Shown here piece by piece: positions 38,752-48,815 of a DNA stretch of 64,000 nt. The notes below the pieces were generated by a model that did not search any database, was not told the DNA's origin, and saw only the letters and a program-made list of their open reading frames with translations. The position numbers and the translations under genes are program-made. Origin of the DNA: an uncultured Candidatus Saccharibacteria bacterium (GTDB lineage Bacteria > Patescibacteriota > Saccharimonadia > Saccharimonadales > Saccharimonadaceae); contig CARBES010000001.1 in assembly GCA_948944455.1 (NCBI GenBank), positions 981 to 64,980 of the forward strand. Reading direction: 5' to 3'. Within the stretch, counting starts at the first letter, position 1; each line of letters starts with the position of its first letter.

Positions 38752-40167
38752 ATGTCGAAAACTTATCTATGTACAGCAATCCCTTATGTCAACGGTAACC
38801 CGCATATTGGTCATGCTATGGACTATCTACTAGCCGATGTCTATGCTCGATTTTGCCGCATGATGGGCGATGAAGTACGGTTCCAGGTTGGCACCGATGA
38901 GCATGGCAATAAAGTTTTTAGCACCGCTCAAAAGAATGGTGTTTCGGTTGACGATTATGTTCAAATGAATTCGGATAAATTCCACAAGTTTATTAAACAA
39001 CTTGATATTTCTTATACGGACTTTATTCGTACTACTGATCCGGAACATGTTCGTCGTTGCCAGGAGATTTGGAAAAGGTTGGAGAACCATATTTACTCGG
39101 CTGAGTATGAAGGTTGGTATTGTGAAGGTTGTGAACGTTTTGTGACGGCGAAAGAATGTGAAGAGAACCACGGCGTTTGCCCCGATCATCAAAAACCGTA
39201 CCAACAGCTTTCGGAACGAAATTATTATCTTCGCATTGCTGACTTTAAGGATAAAATTCGCGACCAGATTGAGAAAGATACAATGCAAATTTTGCCCGAG
39301 TTTCGTAAGCAGGAAGTTTTGCAACTTCTCGCTGATGCGCCGGATATTTCGATTTCGCGCCCGCGCGGTCAGCTTTCTTGGGGTGTTCCGGTGCCGGGCG
39401 ATGATGATCAGATCATGTACGTCTGGATCGATGCGCTTTCTAACTATATCACGGTATTGGGCTATCCCGACCAAGATATCTCAACCTATTGGCCTGCGCA
39501 GGCACAGTTTATTGGCAAAGATATCTTGCGGTTCCATGCAATCACTTGGCCAGCGATTTTGCTCGGTCTTGGCTTGCTTCTGCCGAAGCATTTGGTAACT
39601 CATGGTTATATTCTCGCGGATGGCCAGAAGATGAGCAAGAGTATTGGTAACGTTGTTGATCCGATTGAGGTTCTTGATAAGCATGGACTAGATGCCTTTC
39701 GCTACTATTTCCTACGACACGTGGACACTTTTACCGACGCAGATTTTACTTGGGAAAAATTTGAGAATGCCTACAATAATGAGCTGGCGAATGATCTTGG
39801 CAACCTTGTTCAGCGCCTCGCTACGCTCTGCAAAAAGAATGGCATACGCGGTGCCATAAACCCGACCGGCGAAGATAAGAAATATATCAAGCTAATGCAG
39901 AATTTCGAATTTTCCAGAGCTTTCGATTACGCCTGGACAAAGGTACAAGCTCTGAATAAGTCTATTGATAAACAAAAACCTTGGGAACTTGCAAAAACTG
40001 GCGAGACAGAAAGACTGCATCAAGTACTTGAGAAATTAGTGTGTGATCTCCTTGTGGCGAACCAGCTACTTACACCATTCTTACCAACGGCGACTGAGAA
40101 AATCTATTCCATCTTTACGGCACCCGATATCGCACCGCCAGAAACTCCGCTTTTCCCCAAAAACTAA
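38752..40167 (+). CDS. metG: Methionine--tRNA ligase (short form)
   Basis: PYVNGNPHIGH, GTDEHG, YVWIDAL, GKDILRFH, KMSKS. Confidence 0.97.
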   Translation: MSKTYLCTAIPYVNGNPHIGHAMDYLLADVYARFCRMMGDEVRFQVGTDEHGNKVFSTAQKNGVSVDDYVQMNSDKFHKFIKQLDISYTDFIRTTDPEHVRRCQEIWKRLENHIYSAEYEGWYCEGCERFVTAKECEENHGVCPDHQKPYQQLSERNYYLRIADFKDKIRDQIEKDTMQILPEFRKQEVLQLLADAPDISISRPRGQLSWGVPVPGDDDQIMYVWIDALSNYITVLGYPDQDISTYWPAQAQFIGKDILRFHAITWPAILLGLGLLLPKHLVTHGYILADGQKMSKSIGNVVDPIEVLDKHGLDAFRYYFLRHVDTFTDADFTWEKFENAYNNELANDLGNLVQRLATLCKKNGIRGAINPTGEDKKYIKLMQNFEFSRAFDYAWTKVQALNKSIDKQKPWELAKTGETERLHQVLEKLVCDLLVANQLLTPFLPTATEKIYSIFTAPDIAPPETPLFPKN

Positions 40168-40176
40168 TATCTTTGT

Positions 40177-40201
40177 AAGGCTAGCCACTGAGGCTAGCCT
40201 T
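40177..40201. terminator. Bidirectional terminator between convergent genes
   Basis: AAGGCTAGCC-ACTGA-GGCTAGCCTT. Confidence 0.65.
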
Positions 40202-40205
40202 CTTG

Positions 40206-42182
40206 CTAGTCCCCGTTCCAGTAATGTTTACCGCTCAAGACATCATAATTCACAAGCTCGTACTCTTTCAGCGCCTCACTTTGCTCCGGTTTTTCATCGC
40301 CCCAGTAAGAGTTTGCTAATATTGGCGTATCTTCGCAGATCGTATCCAATAGATAGAATAGCGCAGGCTTCTCGACGCCCAAGATATTATACATAGTATT
40401 TAACAAGCAATTTGGCGTTACGGTCGGCAAATCTACACCGCGAGTAGGGAATTTAAAGCCAAGCTCCGCATTAAGTTTGGTTGTTTCTGCAACCGTATAC
40501 TCGCTTTCGATGTCGAAGTTTGCGTAGACGAAATATGGCGTAAGGTGCGCAAGATCCTGCTCATCTTTATCCTCGGATTTTATATACTTATCCAAGACTC
40601 CCATTGCGTGGTCGCCAAACCAAATTACAACTGTTTTTTCGTCAAGGCCATCGATCTTCTCTAATAACTCGCCAAGATATTGGTCTGAAGTGTGTAGACT
40701 CTGAAAATTAGATTCAATCAGCCAGGAATACTGATCTTCCTGTAGTAGCGGGAACTCTAATTTTGGATAATTCGCACCGCCATAAGGTCCATGATTTTGC
40801 ATAGTAATAGCTGTAACGAGTTGTGGTCCCTCCCCATCCTTCAGGATATCCCAAATCTCATTGTAAGTTGACCGGTCATTATTATACTCGCTAGAGAACT
40901 CTTTCTCGGTATATTTCATTTTATCGGCGTCTATAAACTCATCATAGCCAAACTTTGGATAGATAAGATAGCGTTTATACATGGTTCCATCATAAGCATG
41001 CACTGCCGTTGTTTCAAAATCAAAACCCTTTACCCAATTGGCAATTGCTAATACGCTATCGACTTTGGATAGGGAATTTATGTAAGGAATTGTTTGCGCC
41101 CAGTAATTTGATAGTCCGGTCTGCCCTTCAAATTCTACGTTTGCGGTGTTGCCGCCATATTCCGGTGAGTACATATATCCACTCGGGTATTCACGGAAAA
41201 TTTGGTGCAAGACTGGAGTAATATCACCGCCACCATGAGCATAGTGTTTTGTTAAGAGTGCCGGATCATAAAAACTTTCATTCATGATAAAAACAATATT
41301 TTCAACGACGTCATCAAGTGGCTTGCGTTCATTATCTGCAGCCTTGATTGCGCGATACTTTTCGGCAATTTTTTGCATCGCATCTTGACTATAGCCTTCC
41401 GGCTCCGGCATGCTAAGGCGTGACAGGTTATAGAGAAACCCAATTACGAAACCATTGTTCTCGTAATTTTCGGTCTGATTCCAGCCGACATAGTTAATCC
41501 CTGGCACCCAATCTGGATCTTCATGATCAATAATTGGCTTAGTTACACATACCAAAATCGCCAAAGCTACTAGGGTCCAAGTCACCCGTGGGATTATCGA
41601 AATTTTTTCCCACCACGGTAAACCGTTGCGGTTGCGGCCACAAACCTTGCGCATGCAGTATTCTAGGAAGATTGAGCCAGCCAGAACAAAAACTACACCA
41701 AACACCAACCTAACGATGGCATCGCTATCGACGAAACTGGTCAAATTACCGACAGAGCCGGCCATTTGAAAATCCTCTGGCAGTAACGGTGCCGCGCGCA
41801 GAGTGAACTTTTGGATATGAATAAAAGTTATGACACTAAGTATTGCAAAAGACAGTCCAACTGTCAAAAACGGTCGCCAAGTCACTGTCGCGATTATAGC
41901 CATCAGACAAAATATCACTAAGCAGCTATAAACCGTGATGTCCTGATGTGTCTGGATGAACTCGTTCGTAACGTCAGCGTCACAAAGGTTTTGACGCCAA
42001 AACAAGAACCAGGTGAAAATTACCGAAAAGAAAGCCAATAATAAGAAAGAAAAAAGTACTCGATAAACCGCCGGCATAGTATGTTTCTGCATCGGCGTTT
42101 TAATTTTGTGTTTTTTCTCGACGGTAGACTCGATGCCCTTATTAGTAGCGTCAGCCTCTTGTTTATCCTGGCTTTTAACCAT
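40206..42182 (-). CDS. LTA synthase family (phosphoglycerol transferase/sulfatase-fold) membrane protein
   Basis: N-terminal TMs, NIVFIMNESFYDP, GGNTANVEFE, TMQNHGPY, WFGDH. Confidence 0.88.
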   Translation of the reverse strand: MVKSQDKQEADATNKGIESTVEKKHKIKTPMQKHTMPAVYRVLFSFLLLAFFSVIFTWFLFWRQNLCDADVTNEFIQTHQDITVYSCLVIFCLMAIIATVTWRPFLTVGLSFAILSVITFIHIQKFTLRAAPLLPEDFQMAGSVGNLTSFVDSDAIVRLVFGVVFVLAGSIFLEYCMRKVCGRNRNGLPWWEKISIIPRVTWTLVALAILVCVTKPIIDHEDPDWVPGINYVGWNQTENYENNGFVIGFLYNLSRLSMPEPEGYSQDAMQKIAEKYRAIKAADNERKPLDDVVENIVFIMNESFYDPALLTKHYAHGGGDITPVLHQIFREYPSGYMYSPEYGGNTANVEFEGQTGLSNYWAQTIPYINSLSKVDSVLAIANWVKGFDFETTAVHAYDGTMYKRYLIYPKFGYDEFIDADKMKYTEKEFSSEYNNDRSTYNEIWDILKDGEGPQLVTAITMQNHGPYGGANYPKLEFPLLQEDQYSWLIESNFQSLHTSDQYLGELLEKIDGLDEKTVVIWFGDHAMGVLDKYIKSEDKDEQDLAHLTPYFVYANFDIESEYTVAETTKLNAELGFKFPTRGVDLPTVTPNCLLNTMYNILGVEKPALFYLLDTICEDTPILANSYWGDEKPEQSEALKEYELVNYDVLSGKHYWNGD

Positions 42183-42259
42183 AAATACATTATAGCACAG
42201 ATACTTCAAAAAAGCGCCACTGTAGTAGCGCTTTTCTGTTGAGAACTCTAACTATATGT

Positions 42260-43210
42260 TTAGTTCTTTTTGCAGGCGCAAGGATCATCGCATTCACATG
42301 CATAACCGTCGCTCGCAAGGCGAGTTGCAATATCAGAAATGTAGAAACCAATCACGCCGCCAACCATTGGAACGATGACGTAGGCCGCAACCGCAAGACC
42401 AGCCGCCTGTGCGAGTTCGCCAAGGCTATCGGCCGTAGTTGGCAAAATTTGGTGCATAAGAGCTGCAATTGGATTAAACATGTAGGAACCAGTCAGCATG
42501 AAGAAGCCCTGCGAAATTACGTAGGCCACGATATCTAGCAATACTAGACCACTAGCAATCATCATGGCAAAAGCGAGCGGACTCTTGCGAGCGAAGCGGA
42601 GCGCGCGCGCAAAGAAGAATGCTAAGACGATTGCTCCAAATAGCTCAATCAAGGCAACGGCCCAGAAATTCTCACCCGTCAGTTCGCCCATAACTGGCAT
42701 ATTTAGCGAAGAGCCACTACCGATACGGAAAGCGTTAATAACGATCATTGCTAGCCAACCACCAAGCAACTGTGCCAAAATGTAGAGCACGCCGCGGATT
42801 GCCGACATACGACGAGTTGCCATCATACCGACAGTAACCAGTGGGTTCAAGTTTGCTCCTGAAAGCCCAACGACAGCTAGATAAACACAGATAACACCAA
42901 GACCAAGGATGAGCGGCTGTGGCGCACCGAGCAAGCTGAGAACTAAAAGCAAAATAACCAGCAACATAGTGCCGATTACTTCACCGATCAAAGCTCCCCA
43001 AATTTTTGGGGTCTTAAAAATAGTTAAAATGTTCTCATTTTTATCGCATTTGCGTGCGAAAAAGCCTTTTATTGGCTTATCATCAGAAGCTACTACAGCA
43101 TCTTTCACTACGGCTGTCTCCTTGATTTCCTTCACTTCTTTTTTGGCTTCAGGCTGAGTCGTAGCTTTTTCGGCCTTCTTCCCGGATTTCTTTGGCTTTT
43201 GATTCGCCAT
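42260..43210 (-). CDS. MIP/aquaporin family channel with non-canonical NPA motifs
   Basis: GEVIGT, SGANLNPLVT, YILAQLLG, FNPIAA, P..GG. Confidence 0.85.
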   Translation of the reverse strand: MANQKPKKSGKKAEKATTQPEAKKEVKEIKETAVVKDAVVASDDKPIKGFFARKCDKNENILTIFKTPKIWGALIGEVIGTMLLVILLLVLSLLGAPQPLILGLGVICVYLAVVGLSGANLNPLVTVGMMATRRMSAIRGVLYILAQLLGGWLAMIVINAFRIGSGSSLNMPVMGELTGENFWAVALIELFGAIVLAFFFARALRFARKSPLAFAMMIASGLVLLDIVAYVISQGFFMLTGSYMFNPIAALMHQILPTTADSLGELAQAAGLAVAAYVIVPMVGGVIGFYISDIATRLASDGYACECDDPCACKKN

Positions 43211-43313
43211 TATTAAACCTCCTTAGTTTCTAATATTTACCCGATTATAGCATACCTGTGATACAATGAAAAGCGACAACTTAAGCGTAAAAATAATTTT
43301 TTAAGGGAAACTT

Positions 43314-43538
43314 ATGGGAATCATGATGTCAAAAGATTTAGAAGATAACTCCGAGCTAAGCCGCCGCATTGCCTCGGATTTGCGAGCGCGCAATCAGTCG
43401 GAAGTTCGGCGTGGTTCCGACTATGGCGACGATATGGAAGATGATGAGGAGACGAAAAGGACAGGCCGCTTTACTTGGGTTTGGATCATCTTGATTGTCC
43501 TTGCTATTATTTCGCTTATTTGTATCTTGTTTATCTAA
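43314..43538 (+). CDS. Small membrane protein
   Basis: 74 aa with an acidic N-region (ELSRRIASDLR) and a C-terminal TM. Confidence 0.7.
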   Translation: MGIMMSKDLEDNSELSRRIASDLRARNQSEVRRGSDYGDDMEDDEETKRTGRFTWVWIILIVLAIISLICILFI

Positions 43539-43612
43539 GAGTTGGCCTAAAATTAGAAAATTCTCTAGAGAAAATGTAGTCTTTTGCTCTCGAGTGATAT
43601 ATAATATATAAT

Positions 43613-44554
43613 ATGTCAGAGTTAGAGAATCTCAAATCCGAGCTAAAACAAATAAATCTTGAATACACTAAGATCAAAGATCTTCCACCAGCTGAGCGCG
43701 GGGAGTTTGGTCGTGCTATGAATCAAAAAAAGCAGAAAGTCCTTGCTGCAATCGCGAAGGCTGAAGAAGATCTCGAGAGTGAGAATATTGCCCCGCTTGA
43801 CGTTTCCGCGCCGTGCGCCCCCAATGAGCCAGTTCCTGTTATTAAGCGTGGCACGAAGCACCCACTTATGGTTGAACTCGACCGAGTCGTGCAGGTCTAT
43901 GCAGACATGGGCTTCAATGTCATGGAATCATGCCAGCTAGACGACGAATTTCACATGTTCGATAGTCTTAACTTCCCAAAGGATCACCCTGCGCGCGACG
44001 GCTACGATACTTTTCGTACTGCCGAGAATTACATCCCGCCAGCACACACTTCGACAATGCAGCACCGCGCACTAAAAAAATACAGAAGAGCTCTTGAAGA
44101 CGGTGGTCAAATTGCTGTAGTAATCCCTGGGCGTGTTTTCCGTAATGAGGATGCTGACGCTACTCATGAGCATACATTTTATCAATGCGAGGGTGTTTTT
44201 GTCTCAAAGGATGCGACTATGGGCCAGATGTTTGGCGTTTTGAAGCAATTTTTTGAATCTTACTATGGTCAGAAGCTTAATATAAAAACTCAGCCAGGCT
44301 ATTTTCCGTTTACTGAGCCGTCAGCTGAGCTCTTGATCGAAAAACCAGAATCTCTCGGTGGCGAAGGTTGGCTAGAAATGCTAGGTTGTGGAATGATCCA
44401 CCCGAATGTTTTAAAAACAGCTGGTATCGACCCAGAAGTTTATCACGGCTTTGCTTGGGGCGGCGGAATTGAACGCCTTGTCATGTTGAAATATCATCTC
44501 AGTGAGATGCGCTATTTTGAGTCGGGCAAACTTGAGTTTTTGGAGGAGTTTTAA
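43613..44554 (+). CDS. pheS: Phenylalanine--tRNA ligase alpha subunit
   Basis: HPARD, HTSTMQ, GRVFRNE..DATH, YFPFTEPS, GFAWGGGIERL. Confidence 0.97.
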   Translation: MSELENLKSELKQINLEYTKIKDLPPAERGEFGRAMNQKKQKVLAAIAKAEEDLESENIAPLDVSAPCAPNEPVPVIKRGTKHPLMVELDRVVQVYADMGFNVMESCQLDDEFHMFDSLNFPKDHPARDGYDTFRTAENYIPPAHTSTMQHRALKKYRRALEDGGQIAVVIPGRVFRNEDADATHEHTFYQCEGVFVSKDATMGQMFGVLKQFFESYYGQKLNIKTQPGYFPFTEPSAELLIEKPESLGGEGWLEMLGCGMIHPNVLKTAGIDPEVYHGFAWGGGIERLVMLKYHLSEMRYFESGKLEFLEEF

Positions 44555-47038
44555 ATGCTAATTTCGCTAAATGAAATCAAAAAATATGTCAAAATCCCAG
44601 CCGAAGTTTCGAGCCAAGAATTGATCGATTTAATCGGGTCGCGCTTAGTGGAGGTAGAGGGAGTAGTTAATCTCACTTCAAAATATAAAGGCATTTATAT
44701 AGTAAAGGTCGTTAAGTGTGAACCGATTGAAGGTACGCATTTGAATCTTTGCCAGGTTGATGCTGGTGAACATAACGCTGAATTTAATCAGCTTGAGAAT
44801 GGTCTAGTTCAAGTGGTCTGTGGTGCGTCGAATGTCCATGCCGGAATGCTAGCGGCTTGGATTACGCCGGGTTCAATTGTCCCGTCGACTTACGGTAACG
44901 AGAACTTTAAACTTGGCGTACGCAAATTGCAGGGTTATGAATCAAACGGTATGCTGGCGGGGGCAGATGAACTAGATTTTGATGACGAACATAAAACTAT
45001 TGCAGAGATTGATCCTAAAATGGCGCAGCCGGGCGATACTCTTGCGGATGTTTTTGAGCTGAACGATATTATTATCGATGTCGAGAATAAATCTCTGACT
45101 CACCGTCCGGATTGCTTTGGTTTGATTGGATTCGCTCGTGAAATAGCTGGGATTCTCGGTCTTGAGTTCCAGGAGCCGGAGTGGCCAGAACTCAAAACCG
45201 TGAAGAACTTACCTATTAGCGTAGAAATTACCAATAGCGACGCTTGCCCGCGTTACGATTGCGCGGTCTTTGATTTACCTAATCACGGAGTTAGTAAATA
45301 TCTCACTCCGACAGACGTCTTCTTAGCGAAGGCCGGTATGCGCAGTATCGACCCAATGGTAGATTTAACGAACGTAATTATGCTCCAGACCGGTCAACCT
45401 TTGCATGCTTTTGATTACGATAAATTGGTTGCGGTTGGTGGTAGCAAGGATGCAAGAATTATTGTGCGTCAAGCTAATGACGGCGAAGAATTACAGCTAC
45501 TAGATAGTAAAGTTATCAAGTGTATTCCGGAAGATATTTTAATTACTTCAAATAATGTTCCAGTCGCCTTGGCTGGTGCGATGGGCGGCAAAAACACCGA
45601 GGTCGATGCCTCAACAAAACGTGTTGTACTTGAGAGCGCTACTTTCTCACTCTACAATTTGCGCAAGACTCAGATGGCGCACGGTATTTTTTCTGAAGCG
45701 ATTACACGTTTTACGAAAGGGCAACCAGCCGCAATGACACTGCCAGTTTTGGCGGAAACGATCCGTCGTTTAGGCGTTGATCCACTCGCGGTGGTGGATG
45801 AATTCCCAAAGAAAGTTGAACCAGTTGTTGTAAAAATTACAACAGATGAAGTAAATCGTTTGCTTGGAACAAATTACTCTACTGAGCAGATTACTGAGAC
45901 TCTACAGAATGTCGGCTTCGATGTAGCGTCAAAGTCTTTCAAAGCTGGTAAGGTGCTTGAACTTGAAATTCAGAACTCAAAGATCCCTAGCATGATCGTG
46001 ACCGCTCCGGCTTGGCGCACTGACATCCATATCAAAGAAGATTTAATTGAAGAAGTTGGACGCTTACTCGGGTTTGATAATATTCCGCTCGATTTGCCAA
46101 AGCGGCCATTTGCAGGTACCGAAATGTCGCCGGTTTTCCAACTCAAGAGCGAGCTGCGCAACATCCTCTCGGACAATTTACAAATGAATGAATTTCTAAC
46201 CTATTCCTTTGTCAGCAGGGCGCTGACGGAGAAAGTTGGGCTCGATCCGGAAGAAAGCTATGCGATTGTGAACTCAATTTCGCCAGAGTTACAATGTTTC
46301 CGCCAGCAAATTGCGCCGAGCCTACTTGATAAAGTTCGTGAGAATACCAAGAATGGTTATCGCGATTTTACGCTTTATGAGATGAACCAAGTCGCAAGCA
46401 AGACCGCTGGTTTAACTGATGAAAAAACGCCACGGCTCAGTACGGATCTAGGTATCGTCACGCTAGCAGATTTTTATAGCCTGAAAGCGAAGCTCTTAGC
46501 GCTTTTTCGCGAACTAAGGATCAAACTTGAATACGCGGCCATAAGTAGCGAAAATGCAAAACGTTATCCGTATCTTGAACCGAAACGCTCGGCTGAACTT
46601 ATTGTGAACGGAAAAAATATCGGCGCTTTCGGCGAATTAAAGAAAGCCGTTTTACGCAAGTTTAAGCTTGATGATCAGGTAATTGCTGCGGCTGAGCTGG
46701 TGCTAGATGATCTGGTGGGTGTCGAACGCGCGATAGACACCAATCTTAAAATTTCGCGTTTTCCGTTTGTTGAACGCGACCTGACCTTGAAGGTTGCCTC
46801 CGATGCACCGTTTGGTCGCTTTGACGGCATTCTAGATAGCGTTCTAAAAGTCGAGAAGTTGATTTATACTATAACTCCAGTTTCAATCTATCAAGCGAAA
46901 GATACTGATACGACAAAGAATATTTCTTTCCATCTCCGTTTTTCGAATCCAGAAAGAACCCTTGATTCTGAGGCGATAGCTGCAATTATGAACATCATCA
47001 ATGTTGAAGTCACTAAAAATGGGGCTGAAATTATCTAA
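44555..47038 (+). CDS. pheT: Phenylalanine--tRNA ligase beta subunit
   Basis: VVCGA.NV, RPDC, GQPLHAFD, R.DI....DLIEEVGR, FP.VERDL. Confidence 0.96.
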   Translation: MLISLNEIKKYVKIPAEVSSQELIDLIGSRLVEVEGVVNLTSKYKGIYIVKVVKCEPIEGTHLNLCQVDAGEHNAEFNQLENGLVQVVCGASNVHAGMLAAWITPGSIVPSTYGNENFKLGVRKLQGYESNGMLAGADELDFDDEHKTIAEIDPKMAQPGDTLADVFELNDIIIDVENKSLTHRPDCFGLIGFAREIAGILGLEFQEPEWPELKTVKNLPISVEITNSDACPRYDCAVFDLPNHGVSKYLTPTDVFLAKAGMRSIDPMVDLTNVIMLQTGQPLHAFDYDKLVAVGGSKDARIIVRQANDGEELQLLDSKVIKCIPEDILITSNNVPVALAGAMGGKNTEVDASTKRVVLESATFSLYNLRKTQMAHGIFSEAITRFTKGQPAAMTLPVLAETIRRLGVDPLAVVDEFPKKVEPVVVKITTDEVNRLLGTNYSTEQITETLQNVGFDVASKSFKAGKVLELEIQNSKIPSMIVTAPAWRTDIHIKEDLIEEVGRLLGFDNIPLDLPKRPFAGTEMSPVFQLKSELRNILSDNLQMNEFLTYSFVSRALTEKVGLDPEESYAIVNSISPELQCFRQQIAPSLLDKVRENTKNGYRDFTLYEMNQVASKTAGLTDEKTPRLSTDLGIVTLADFYSLKAKLLALFRELRIKLEYAAISSENAKRYPYLEPKRSAELIVNGKNIGAFGELKKAVLRKFKLDDQVIAAAELVLDDLVGVERAIDTNLKISRFPFVERDLTLKVASDAPFGRFDGILDSVLKVEKLIYTITPVSIYQAKDTDTTKNISFHLRFSNPERTLDSEAIAAIMNIINVEVTKNGAEII

Positions 47039-47049
47039 AAAGGAGGAAA

Positions 47050-47757
47050 ATGGACAGCAAAACACTAAAAACTAGCGCTTGGCAAAGAGTTATTATTGTC
47101 GTCGTGGCATTACTTTTGCTCGGTTCGACGGTCTTAACTTATATGTTCATCGTCATGAGCAGCGGTGGTACAAGTCAAGCTAGCGAGAACGAGGCGAAAA
47201 TTGCCGAATTGCGCGAGCAATATGACGCGAAAAGTAAAGAAATTGATGAAGCAGCGAAGCCACTCTCTGAAAAATACTTCAAGACCTTTGAATCGTTTAA
47301 ACCACAAGTAAAGGCCTATAATTCTGCAACCGCCAACAATGCCGTACTCGAAACAAAAGACTTAAAAGAGGGTACTGGCCGAGCTTTGAAAGAGGGTGAT
47401 TATGATTATGACGCTTACTATATCGGTTGGTGCGCGGATGGTACGGTTTTTGAATCGTCGTTTAATGATTATGACGAACCGACTGCTCTTAATGCGCCGC
47501 TTAGCGTTAGTGAAAGCATGATTGAGGGTTGGAACCAGGGCGTCATTGGCATGAAGCTTGGCGGCGTTCGACTTCTTACGATTTCTGGTCCTCTCGCCTA
47601 CGGTGACACTCAGCAGATTTGTGGCGAATATAATGCTCCGTTGAAGTTTATTGTTCTTGCGATTGAGCGTGATGAAGCTCTAGAAAAACTTAACTCTGAG
47701 TTAGACGCAATTTCGATGGAACTTTACATGGCTTTGTATGGATCGCAACTCTACTAA
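47050..47757 (+). CDS. Membrane-anchored FKBP-type peptidyl-prolyl isomerase
   Basis: DLKEGTG, DGTVFES, IEGWNQGVIGMKLGGVR, LAYG. Confidence 0.88.
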   Translation: MDSKTLKTSAWQRVIIVVVALLLLGSTVLTYMFIVMSSGGTSQASENEAKIAELREQYDAKSKEIDEAAKPLSEKYFKTFESFKPQVKAYNSATANNAVLETKDLKEGTGRALKEGDYDYDAYYIGWCADGTVFESSFNDYDEPTALNAPLSVSESMIEGWNQGVIGMKLGGVRLLTISGPLAYGDTQQICGEYNAPLKFIVLAIERDEALEKLNSELDAISMELYMALYGSQLY

Positions 47758-48688
47758 AAACCTAGTCATCATCGGCGGCGGTCCAGCAGCGCTGACGGCG
47801 GCCTTGTACGCTACTCGCGCTGGAATAGAGGCCCAGGTTTATGAGCGAGCTAATGTCGGTGGACTACTGGGAGAAATCTCTCAACTTGATAACTACCCTG
47901 GTTTTACTGGCGTGGGTAGCGATTTAGCTACCGCCATGCGCCGCCAGGCAGAAACAGCTGGCGCGCGGATCGAATATGGAGAATGTACTGCGGTTCGCCC
48001 TTTGACGGACGGCCGCGCAACTGATGAGGCCGTAGTGGCTGGTGGAACCGATGCTGACACTAATAGTCGCATGGCGGGGCGAGCGAGATTTGAGCTCGTC
48101 GTTGACGGCGCGGCCGTCCGTGCGGGCGCCGTCTTGGTGGCTACTGGTGCAGAGCCGAAACACTTGCCTTTTACGGTTACGCCGCCCGTTTCCTACTGCG
48201 CTCTCTGCGACGGCGCCCTTGCTAAAGGGCAAAATGTCGTCGTGGTGGGCGGTGCGAATTCTGCTGCTCACGAAGCGCTTTATCTCGCTAATCTTGCTCG
48301 TAGTGTTACACTCATTACTCATTCTGCACTCAAAGCTGACGCCGCTTATAGCGCACGTCTTGCTAATACTTCAAATATCAAGATTATCGAAAATCGAGAG
48401 CCGAATCCGGAATTTCTCAATCAGTTCGCCTATGTTTTTGTTGCTATTGGTCGCACACCAGCAACTAACTTCCTTCGCAATCTGCCAATCCTGAACCCGA
48501 ACGGTTATATTCTGACCGGCAAGACTGTTTTTGCTGATCAAGCTTCTCCTTCAGGATTTGCTCACATGTCTGCCCTTCCTGGCCTCTTTGCCGCTGGTGA
48601 CGTTCGTGAAGGTTCTGTACGTCAGATTGTCTCGGCTGCCGGCGACGGCGCCGCGGCTGCCATCGAGATTTCCGAATGGTTGAGGTAG
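47738..48688 (+). CDS. trxB: Thioredoxin reductase-like flavoprotein
   Basis: IIGGGPA, NYPG, ATGA, VSYCALCDG, GLFAAGDV. Confidence 0.82.
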   Translation: MDRNSTKNLVIIGGGPAALTAALYATRAGIEAQVYERANVGGLLGEISQLDNYPGFTGVGSDLATAMRRQAETAGARIEYGECTAVRPLTDGRATDEAVVAGGTDADTNSRMAGRARFELVVDGAAVRAGAVLVATGAEPKHLPFTVTPPVSYCALCDGALAKGQNVVVVGGANSAAHEALYLANLARSVTLITHSALKADAAYSARLANTSNIKIIENREPNPEFLNQFAYVFVAIGRTPATNFLRNLPILNPNGYILTGKTVFADQASPSGFAHMSALPGLFAAGDVREGSVRQIVSAAGDGAAAAIEISEWLR

Positions 48689-48815
48689 GGAGTTATAATC
48701 TTTTCTGTCTACTCTGAGAAAAGCAATATCGCATGAAGCAAAATAGGCTTATCCTGCCATGGATAGCCTAAATTGTTCTGTGTTATTTTTCAAAAAGCTG
48801 TGCTAAAATAAATCC

